Assembly: GCF_001949145.1 (NCBI RefSeq)
Contig: NW_019091356.1
Span: 344,851-397,289, forward strand
Direction: 5' to 3'
DNA length: 52,439 nucleotides
Source of the DNA: Acanthaster planci
Taxonomy: Eukaryota
The position numbers and the translations under genes are program-made. Positions 25,798 through 37,700 of this stretch are shown in pieces (within the stretch, counting starts at the first letter, position 1; the number at the start of each line of letters is the position of its first letter). The notes under the pieces are model-generated. The model ran no database searches, was not told the origin of the DNA, and saw only the letters and a program-made list of their open reading frames with translations.

Positions 25798-28700
25798 ATG
25801 GCATCGACTGAACAAGTTGAGGAGCAAGTTGCAGCGGTGCCACCGCTAACGCCATCAACAGCGAGCCCGCTGACTCCTAAGCAATGCCGGTTCTCACTGC
25901 TGATTGAAACGACAGATGACTTCATGCCACGATCTAAGACCAATCTTGCCGGTGTGACAGAGGACGGTGGGATTGAAGAAAGTGATGAAGATGACAATGA
26001 GCGTATTCTGCGCTACGTCGAGGATAATGTAGTCGGAAACGACACCTATTTTCCTGGACCTTTTGGTGAAAAACAAGGTAGGAATTGCCACATCATTTTG
26101 TGTCGATATGGTTTATAACAGTAAATGTATAATGTTATATAGTTAGGAACCATTTAAACCCTTCAATCGCAAATTTCAAGTTAGGTGGGCTGTCAATTCC
26201 AAGTTGTTTTCTTCAGTAAAGTACTCCATGAATAATCATGTTCAAAGCATTCATACGAACCAGTACCACAGCCTAGTTTCAATTCAATTGATTTATTGTC
26301 CACAAATAGGAAATTCTTCTTGCTCGCATTTACATTCATTCAGTACAGATAATACAATCGATACAAAATGAAAAATAACATAGTTTGATTTATTAAACAT
26401 GAACATTAATTAAGGTAATCAGTACGTCGGGGTTTCTCCATTCTGTAAATTTGTAATGCAGAGTTGAATACTGAAAAAAATACCTGCACCTGGTCATAGT
26501 GTATGCTGAAAGGATAATTAATCTACTTGGACCCCCTTCCCTTCACTTTCCTAATATTATACATGGCTAAGATCAGATTAATATTCCACTATTATTGTAA
26601 AGGTGAAAATTATAATTAAGGTGTTATTATACAGTTATTGTTATGCGCATTTTCATAGTGGAGGCTATTGCAGAGAGTCTGGTGAGCTAAGTAACAAAAC
26701 GATACCGATTGTAAATAGGCCTAGTTCACTAAATTGTTGGAAAGGCCTTTCTAAAGCCATTCAACGCGTGCAGTCTGTCGTCTCAAATTCTTTTTTCAAC
26801 AAATGCCAAAGTACCCCGCTGAAATACCACTCCCACTAGCAACACAATAGTGATTGTGTGTTTTCATAGCTCAGGGTTGTGAGTTTTGTTCACAGTATAC
26901 TTCCCTAACCCTCGTCCTTGGATACGTGAGCGACCCGTTAGTAACTTTGTGCCATCATTGACACGCACACATGACAAGTAGCCTTAGAAGGGAACATTGT
27001 AACTCGACGTACATTGCAGTATTGAATTGTTTCCTTGAACTCCGGATTTTGTTTCCTGTTACTGTAGTGTTTTCATGTCCTCCCTGACGTCCTGACACGA
27101 ACTCTTAATAATTGGAGCCTTAAGGCCAGTCTTTTCTTTTCCTATTGGTGACCACCAAACTGACCCGCAGATGTACCAAGGAATCGATCCAGCTAACAAT
27201 CGATTCAAGGATTGATCAGGATAGCTTCTAGTGGCTTAATAAACGAATGAGCTTGGACACTAACTCATCACATCCGATTAGTTAGCCTTTATTGCGTTAA
27301 CCCCAACAGTCCCAAATCCTCCAATTTCAATGCGATTTTACATACTCCCTTTGGGGTTTGGGTTAAAGCAATCTTCTGATACGCCATTAAATCGATCACG
27401 TTAACCCTCGATCCATATGTACTTTTAAACTGATTCATCTGATCTTTGACACATTTTTGGGAAATGAAACCATGCAATACTTTTCTTTTTTTTTCAAACT
27501 TCCACAGTGAAAATCTGAGTTAAAGTTCATACATTTCATTTTAGAATTTCCATGAAGAACTAATTCTTTTCAAGAGTGTTTAAATCAATGCTAAGTTTTG
27601 ATGACGTAAATCAAACCTTTGTGTGTGTGTGTGTCTTGGATTAATCTTAACACAAGGATATGAACCGGTGGAAATTAAACCAGGTCCTTTGTGAAATCCC
27701 CGTGAACTTGCCCATGGACCATGATGTTTCCTCTATCCGCTGCCATTTGAAGCGGCAGGTCACACGGAAACCAGTGTCAACTGTAAAAACAGAAAAAAAT
27801 GCGTCCTTGCTCCAAAGAAATGTAGACGTGATCGTAGCCACTTAAACTATAATTGTGGTCGACAATTTTTAAAGGGGGAAGTTATGACACTTGATAGATT
27901 TTTGACGGATGGGGGTGTTAGTGAACCCGGCCTGAACCAGCAAGCCTAACATTGTGAAATTGGGGGGGGGAGATGTTTTAGTATCCTGGATAAGGCCCAG
28001 TCCCAAAAATGACCCAAAACTGTGCGAGTGCTGAGCCAGAAGCCATCTTTATAGCTGCGATTAGGGATTAAAAAACATTTTGTTGTCTCGCTGTCTTTTC
28101 TCGATCAAACAAAAACAGAAATGACTCAAGCCCAAGTTTGAGGGGTTCCCTCATAAGCCACCCGCACTCACCTCACCACTACCCACCTGTTCTCATCATT
28201 TCTGAATCATTTCAGAAAATGACCCTCTTACACAACGTCGACTGTGATGGTTTTATTTGTTTGGGAATTCCTGCGTGTGTTTACCCTACTGTGGTCCACG
28301 TTACAGCCAGACGGATTAGTATTATGTACACTGAGAAATTTTTCACGGATGATCTAAACGTCTGAAAATACAGTCAAACTTGGGCATAATGAATCATGCT
28401 AACCTCGCGAGTTTGGGTGGGTGAGCAGGTGTGTACCACGGAGCACGTCAAGGCAGCATATCAATGGAAACGGTTAGGTTGTCTCTTGTTCAGAAGATGT
28501 CATTCCGGAAAAGATATCGCTTCTGTTCTGTTCACTTTGTGGAACACGGTTGATCGTATCCTCATGTGCTCCTTACAGTTCCTTTGAGGAAGCGAACCTA
28601 AATAATTCCTGACCCACGCCACTTTGTTCTTTACAGCTTCGTGCGCATGACCCAAACGAATTTTTTTCTCATCTTGTCGTCATCTTTGTATCTTTATCCT

Positions 28701-31700
28701 AACTCTCGCTAAACGAGAGTTACGTCCCTTCGTCACTCCCTCCCCCGGTCCTACACGCAAAGCCCCACTTATTCCCCTGCTCTTGCTTTCTTAGAATCAT
28801 GGAAGAAAGAGGGGCATGGAGAAAAAATGCATCCGTGTCAAGGTTTAGGAGTTCATGCAACTTACGACTACTAGCAATAACCAGCTGGTCTGTTTGTAAA
28901 CCGTTCAAGGACAAGCCTGTTACTCCACGAAGCGTAACAGGACACCATATGAAAACTGTTTTCCTTGGCGCATGCATGCGCTGTGTCCATGATACACAAC
29001 ATCCGATGACCATTGAATGGAAAGTCCATATTGTTTTAATATGTCGCTCATCTTGTTTGACTACCACGGCCTATTGGCCTTAGAGCCCGCTCTGGTATGC
29101 CATGCCTGATTCACTGGCCTGATTCCTGCGGCTATGTTGTTCCCGTGATGACTTTGCTGACAAAAATGCGCGGAGCGACCGCCGCGTCAATGGTATGCAC
29201 ATCAAACATCGGCCTACTGAGGAAGACATATCTGTCCCCTGCGGGTCCTATGTACATGTATACGTGTACACTTACATGTTTTCCGCATGTGTGTCATTTT
29301 GAGAAGATCAAAGTCGGACTTCCTTTCAAAAGATCGTGCCCAAACGAACCATTTTGATGTTGGGTGTCAATTACAGAATTTCTGTTTATCAAAGCTATTG
29401 ATCTCAAATGTTAAAAACCGAACACTTTCCGCGACTACAAGGAACTTGGCAATGAAGTTTTCGAAATTAGAAGCAGCAGATAAACTTCTCGATACTCAAT
29501 TAAGTTGTATTCTTCGCAGAAGTGGTTTGCCGCTTGAATTTGTAACGTCTCAATTCTGTCATCGGTGCAGTTTTAACGCCAAGACGCAGTTGGGGATAAT
29601 GTTCAGAATGGGGAAATGATTGATACTCCCAAATCGAATTATTGTCGAAAAATGACACCAAAGGGGGATTTATTGGATTTGCATCAGGAAAGATTGGAAT
29701 TGTTCATTGCAGGAGGGAATTTTTATGCTTCATTTACAGTGATCCATGACGAAGTAGATTGGATGTATTTACTCGGGTGGTCGTTCTGTCAAACAGCTAA
29801 AGCCTGCTGTAATTTGTGAGGGTATGAAAGCGATTTGTTTTTGCAGGTCGTTGGTAAAGGCTTTCAATAATGGTCATATTTAGGTACTTGTTGAAAGATG
29901 AGACTTTGTTTTTAGGAGAGACAATGCAGTTGAAGAACACAGCTTCCTCGGCACTTTAAAATAATCCAACCAAACCAACTCAAATTGCCAAGGATGTATT
30001 GACGCAACAAACCACACCTAACATACAGTCTTACTTCCACATTGCAAACATCCTTAACTTCTATTTATTCTTTGGATAAACACAAAAATTCTTCGTTATG
30101 ATTTATATGTCTCATCCTTTGATGCTGAGGTTTTTATTTTTCTTCATTTTTTTTCTTGTAGTTGTCTACTGTGACTACACTGCTTCTGGAAGGTAAGCAA
30201 GTTTGTCAAATTGCACCATACAATGAAAAATTCTGATTCTGAAATAAACTTCTGTAGAAGTCAGTTTTATTTGTCATTAAATGATAGAAAAAATTATGAA
30301 TGTGCCGACTTCTTTAAGAAATACTGTTAAAGTATACAGTGGCTGTCAAGTAACCAACATTTCTCCTTTTTCTAACGTCAAAGAGCGATATACAAATCCA
30401 GTCTGTATCCTGGGGATATTTGAACTCCCCAAACCAGAAACGTCAAACAAATGTGGTCAAGTTTAGGATATTGTACATTCCTGTGGAGTTTCATGGTTTT
30501 TCTGTCTGTCCTGGCGATTACCGCATGCGCTTGTTATTCGTTTTGTTTTTGTGGGCATTTTGGTCATGTAAGTTAGTTACTGAAGTGCACTAGTCTTATT
30601 TGTATGTTTGACCCGACCTACCAACATGTACATGGCAACCAATAAATTGTTTGGCCGATACTCAGTAAACTTGATTAATTCATTGACGTATTTTTTACGT
30701 TGTAAAGGTGGGTTCATGCAGTGTCAGTTTTATTTTACGTCACATCTGTTTAGTGTTCCAATATGCATTGTAAATAGTTTGGCACATTATCCGATTGAAA
30801 TCTCTATTATCATCAACAGTGCAGTTGGTTCAAGATTAGCTGAATGCACACAAGACAATGTCTTGAATCAGTTCAATACGACGCCCCCCACATCGGAAAC
30901 ACTCACACCTGCAAGAACACACATGGAGTAACTGATGACACTTGATGATGAATCTGTGGTCCTGGTTTAAAGATTGAAAGAAACTATAGGGAGCGTTTTT
31001 ACCCTTCTGGATTAACCCCAGGGTATTATTACCTGATAGATAAGAAGCTCAAATCTTTCCAAGAGGCCCATAATCTAACTCTCTGAAAGGTTTTGAAAAG
31101 GTACTGTCCCCTTGAAACCAAGCTTTAGGAATTCTTAAATATTGTATTGAAAGTTTTCTCACAAGGTATCAGTCTCGCTCTGCTGGGGTGGGGGTGTGTG
31201 TTCAGTCACCCATTGTTGAGCACTGCCTGGTATTTTAGAGCATTAACGGTACCACTTTCTGCTTCCAAAAATTGTACTTCTTTCAACACAAACCTTTTTG
31301 GCCATATTTTAAAGAAGCATGAAATTAATATTTTGGAGTGATTCGTGAATGCCTTAGAAATTTAAGAATTGGCTTGAATGGATGGTACATGTATTCTCAA
31401 GATTCGCCAACATTTCCTACTCAGCTTCCAAAAATTCCAAGTGGAATTGCAAATATTTGACTGCACGCCGAAGGCTTTCCGGAGGTAACAGCGTGCCCGT
31501 GTAACCTGACGAGCTGGGTGGTTTGTTGATTTTACAGACAACATTCTTTTGCATTTAGTGGTTGATTTAGTCCGCAAAGCTCAACAGTGGTCTAATCTTA
31601 CAATGTCAAATAGGAATAATTCTGCTTTTCAAATTCGTTGAGCGCAACTGCACTGAAATAATCTACTATTGAACAAAACATTAATGATTGCGTTTGTGGG

Positions 31701-34700
31701 GGGAGTTGATAAGTCATGTGTTCTTTCATCAGTCATAGCAATTTTGTTGTAACCAAATGTTATAGAAATCTTTTCCTACCTCGATCTCTGTTTGTTTATT
31801 TGTTTGTTTGAAGAGAGCAGGATAATTATTCGGATGTTTCCTTGTTGAAAATGTTAGTTTCGTTCAGCTCGGCAATTGTATCTGTGAGGCGTCAGGAGCC
31901 CATTTTAACTCCCCTCCCACCCAAATCGCAAATGTTCAACAAACAAGCGCCTTTGAATCTCGAGTCAGAGCTAAAACTAGTAATGCGCTCTTGGAGCCGT
32001 TCACGCGAGTTAAGCAAGGATTTTGATCAACTAAGTTGCACTTTGATATTTCAACCCCAACTTTTTCTGGTTTTTCATCACCCTTGTGTGTGACTTTGAG
32101 AAATGACAGCGTTGAATAAATTTCCGTCTTTGGTCTCTGCGCAGGGCGGGTGTGCTATCTCACGATGTCATATTAATTTTACGATCCATAGAGTTTACGC
32201 ATGTACAGGTTACACGGTGAATTACACCCAAATAGGAACTATGTGGGGTTGAACCACTGTGGGATTTGGTCCACGAACGGCTGACCCATGCTTCCACCGC
32301 GTGCCTTAGGGAGAAGTCAGTTGACATGAACTTTGAACCTAGAAAGTCTTGGCGTTCAAGTCCACCTGGTACCACGAAGCTCCATCCCAAAATGCAAGCT
32401 GTGCTGTGGTTCCCTGCTGTTTGGTCTCAGCAACTGCCAGTTGGACAATCCACAGGATCACTCGTTTTCAAGCGTCATTATAACTTATTTCAAGAGAATT
32501 TCGCACGCTTTCGCGGTTTTTAAGTTGACTGATCTACGACAGAGTCTTCTGAAATAAGTGATGAGTTTCCAAGTCATAAAAGTAATATTTGAACAGAAAT
32601 AGTAGGTCAACAAGGTTATATAATGGACTTGTCCCGATCTCGCGACTAAGTGTTTGAGTTGTTGAGGCTCTAACCACCGTACTCCTTCAGAATTTTAGTT
32701 TAGATAAACCGAAGGTGTTGTTGACCGTTTGTTAAAAAAGGTTGAATGAATAAATGAAATACAAGAATGTTTCCTATGGCGTCAGATTTCTGTTTGTGTG
32801 GTTGTTAGAATCGAATCGATAGTCTTGTTAAGGCGTAACTGGGTCTTAAACAATAGATTCATGGGAAAATTGCCCGTAGGCCTACATGCACTTAGCATTG
32901 CCTAATTTATTCTTTACGTTTGAATCTAGTCTTTGTAAAACTAAAAGTCAAGGTGCGTGTGTTAATTTCTACAACCCTGTATTAGATATTTCCTGTACCT
33001 TTTCCTCTAGACCACTGAAGTTTATTGAAGACTACATCACTAACCATGTACATCCCTTGTACGCCAACACGCACACCACGACTGGACTTATGGCGCGACA
33101 GACTACCCAGTTCCGTAAAGAGTCCAGGTAATACAACGAGCATTATGGAACCCACAAACCGACCTCATCCATGCTTGGCAACGTAAAAGCACTCGTTTCA
33201 ACGCAACAACATCAACAAAACTTAGTCAACACAGCAACGACGCAAAGATTAGGCCTTGAATACAGCAAAAACTTCATCAAAACACAAACATCAACAGCAT
33301 CAACAAAATATTCTGTCAACCCAAACAACATCCGGAAAACATGGAAATCAACTCTGCAGTAACCTTTTATCTTTGCATTTTATCACTAGCATTATGATTG
33401 CATGCAACGAAACAACACATCTAACGAATTGTTTTTAACTCTCCAGGGAAATTATCAAACGATGTGTGAATGCGACGGATGAAGATGTCGTCATCTTCAC
33501 GGGGAGTGGAACTACCGGAGCTGTGCACAAGCTTGTTACAGCACTTGAACTAAAGGGGGATCGGGCCAAGAAAACGGTAAATTGGACTCACGACGGATTC
33601 AGAATAGGCCATGGTTGATAGATTTCATGTCGCGAAATCTTCATTGAGGAAAAGCATGTTGCTTAAATGTGATTCCTGTCAATGTGACTGATAGTGGGTT
33701 GTTGAACGTCCAGACAATTTTCATTCTTCACATTCTTCACTTACTGCCCGCAAAACTTTCTGCTTCATGAGCTGGCGTCTTTAGCAGAAATAGATTTGTT
33801 TTCTGTATGTGCTCGAGACTTTAGAGAGACATCTTACGGGAGTGATGGGTCATTTGCGATGTGTGGGAGTACGATGAGTTTGCTAACTTTCCAAAATGTA
33901 TTCTTTGACCTCCTAAATCAACTTGTCTCAAAACGATATCTACAGCAAAGGATCACGAGACTAATATTTTATTTTCTGTTTCTAGGTTGTGTTTGTAGGA
34001 CCTTATGAGCATCATTCCAACATCTTACCATGGAAGGAGACGGGTGCAAAAGTATGTTTACTGGAAGAATTCAGAAAAGTCAAATTATCAAAAACAGTTA
34101 CATACGTTCAAACATTAACGTGTTCAACATTTGAATTAGCGTGAATATCTGTTTACTTGAATTTCTGTAGGTCGTCCGTATCAGGGATGCAGATCGAGGG
34201 CAGATAGACATGAAACTTTTGGAGCAGAAACTGAAGGTAAAAATGTCAAATCTCTAAAATAAATTCTCTATTTTCGAATAATAAAAATATCTTATTTCGG
34301 TTTGTGGATCGTGGATTACGTTGCCATTTCTATGTCAAATTAACTGAAGCGGTCACTGTGGCTGTTGTAAGAAATCTGTTGGTCATCGCTAGACGTCAGT
34401 GAGTGCTCCTTCAACTGTTATGCTTAAGACATGATTGTGATTGGCTGATTCGTTATTCAACAGTACTATCAGCACAAGTCGAGATTTCTGATTGGCTGCT
34501 TCTCCGCTGCATCAAATGTCACTGGAATTGTAACAGACACGTTAGCTGTGGCAAGCTTACTTCATCAGTATGGAGCGCTATCCTTCTGGGACTATGCAAC
34601 AGCAGGTGAGAAGGAATTTGCTGCCCAAGACTTGGTGTTTGTAAACATTCGGGACAAGTCAAGTTCCGATAAACACAGATCAACACATCTGGTGAAACAA

Positions 34701-37700
34701 TCATTTTACCCATTAGGACATCGTTATGATATGATCCCTAGACTGTTTGGGCCTGATCGCCGTCAGAGGTGAGGGACCACTTAATCTTTTTCTCAGAGCA
34801 AGTACTTCATAATTTGTGCTCCCTCCGCCAACATGCAAATAGTTGAGGTAAATTGTATGCACTTTCGTGGCTTTTTTTGGTCACACGCTTTCAAAGTCTT
34901 TTATACTTTGATTTTTATCATCCGCAGACTCTCCCTGAATATTGAAGAAATTTCCACTTTTCTTAATCTGCAGGACCGTACCTTAATATCGATATGAATC
35001 CTGTAATTGAAGTTGAAGATGATGACGAGAACGAAGAGTATGTTTCCTTCAATGAACAAAATTCTGAGAAATCCTGAAAGCCGTAATTAAAGATTGCCTT
35101 TGAAATGATTAGCTCAATTAAATTCTGTTAAGATAGAGTTTGTCACAAGGAATGCAAAGGCGTCCATTTTAAATTAAAGCTATTTTAATGGGATCTGTGC
35201 ATCAGATAATTATTCCGTAAAATTGCTAAGGTTTCTAAAAAATAATTGAAAATTCTGAAAACAAAAACCTCTATCCTCTACGGAATACTTCACTTTCATG
35301 AAATCCATTGAAGAATCATTGCTATATCATATATTTCTATTTCTTTATTCTCTCACTGACAATACTGTCAAAATCAAATACAGTGTGAAAAATTCATTAG
35401 GTTTAAGCATTTTAATTTCTTTCTGATTGTTTGTGTCCAAGAATGGAGTCTCTAGACTTCAGCAAAGACGCTGTCTATCTGTCTCCTCATAAGTTCGTCG
35501 GCGGAGTGGGAACACCAGGTAAATGTGGCCTTTTATCAAAGCTTTCGTTATCTAAACAAGCTAGAGGTCTTGGCAGTACACTTCATTATTGTCTGTAGTC
35601 TCTAGGTACACGCCAAATATAGCTTTGAAAGTGTCAAATGGTTACGGATCACTAGAGAAAACACCGAGTTAACGGTGTATTATTACGGCCAATCTGTCTG
35701 CACGATGAGAGCTAATTGGCTGCAAACTGATGTAGACGCATGGAGACTTGCCAACTTGAAAAAAAGACTAACTAGGGTTGGTCAGGCCAACTCCCTGCAC
35801 TGACGAGTGTTTGGTCATGATTGTAAATCATATGATGTCATGCAGTTCTGTCATCACACTACTTGACACAAGGGACATTGATGAATATAGTCATGCTGTG
35901 GACTGGACGCCGAAACTGGGCGTCAGAAACCAGACCCAAAGAGATCGTCTGTGGAATCAATTGTTCAGAAAGGTCGACAGATGACAATCGTGAAATTTGA
36001 GATAGTTATCAATTAATAATAAACCCTGGGTTATCATGAGTTTGTTACCCTATCAGAAGACATCAAGTTGCAAAACGATCAATCAAATTCTCAAAGTTCT
36101 CCTGAACTTTGGCGGTTGTATCGGAATGCCTTTGGATGCCGTTTTAAAACTTTGATTGCCAAGTAGATACCGTATATCATGGGGTTTATTCACGCGATAA
36201 TGGACATTTTATTGAGAAGTGCGGCATTTTGGTATTGGGTTCTTGAAATAAATGGAAGTCTTGCACTCTTTGGGAAGAATTCTTTCAAGCCGTGGGATCC
36301 AGCTGTAAGATTTTTTATGAACAGCAAGTTGATTACATTTTGCCGGAAGACCTCAAAATGGCTGTATAATTGTCGATTCGGTAATAAAGATTTTTTTGTC
36401 TTTCAGATATCTAATACGTCGTGTTCAAGGGAACAGAATGGTGATAGTGAAAATATGCCATAAAACAATTGCGGTATACGTGTGAAAAACTGGGGGCAGA
36501 ACGACGAGCGTGTTTGGAAATAACTTCCGAATTACTGAGGACTCATTCTCCTAGCCTCATTCGATTGTGCTTGGGGAAAGTTGGGATATCATTGCATCCT
36601 TAATTTTAGTATTTATTCATTTTGCTGTTGTTTTCAGGGCTTCTGATAGCAAAGAAGAAACTTTTCATGAATGCAGTTCCTGGGTCAGTCGGAGGTGGCA
36701 CTGTGCTTTATGTAAGATACATCTATCTGTCATTCACATCGGTTTATCCTTAAATTTTTCTTGTTTTCCACATTTTCAACCAGTATCCTCAATAACTCTC
36801 CATCTTTGGGGTTGGGATCCAGGTAACAAGAGACACTCATCGCTACCTTTCTAATATTGAAGAGCGGGAAGAAGGTGGAACGCCAGCTATTGTAGAATCT
36901 ATCCGCGCTGGTCTAGTCTTCAGACTTAAAGAGGTAAACATATTTTTCTGTACAGATTTACTTACTGTCGAGAACTTTGAAAGTGCTCAGAGCCACACAC
37001 TTAAAGTCAAACCAAAGGAGATTTCATTTTATCTCACTGACTCTTTTACTTGTATCTTCCCTATTAATACAGGCAATTACCCCTGCTCTCATTGAAGAAC
37101 GTGAACACGACCTCTCTCTGTAAGTATGGTGTCCCATGGAGGACTATGATTCAATTGAACTTTGATCGAAACTTCCATTCAAGGAATTATTGTTGAGTTT
37201 TTCTGTCAGGTTTGCATATCTAAATTCATAGTGTGTCTGAGTTCAGGAAGATATGGAACCAATGCTTTTATTTCTGAAAAGGGAACTTCATCACTACATA
37301 GTTTCTACGGTTTAACGCCAATAGAACAATGTTGTAACTGGCATAGGCCTACTTCTGCACCCATTAAGCCTACGTTTTCTCACCAAAGCAATTCTTTGTT
37401 TTTCACATCTAGACTTGCCTTCAAGACGTGGCGACGGAATTCTAACCTGATCTTCCTGGGCAGCAAACGAGCTGAGCGTCTACCTATCTTCTCCTTTCTC
37501 ATCGTCCATGCTCCCAGTGGTAAAGTTTTACATCATAACTACGTGGCCGCCTTGCTAAATGATCTGTACGGCATCCAGGCACGAGGAGGCTGCGCCTGCG
37601 CAGGACCATATGCGCAAGATCTGCTTGGAATCGATGAACCCATGGCGGAGCAGTTTGCTGATTTTCTTGTCGATACCACAAGGTATGATTGGAGAACATG

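Noticed and set aside
33171..33362. Gln/Thr-rich short ORFs and a CAA-rich degenerate direct repeat
   Set aside because: Lies inside intron 3 of the desulfurase-like gene. It is low-complexity, and no splice sites are needed here to maintain the frame.
36783..36822. GTATCCTC resembling a U12-type 5' splice site (also GTATCTTA at the cyclin H intron 9 donor)
   Set aside because: It would give a 40-nt intron with no U12 branch site near its end. Neither sequence matches GTATCCTT fully.
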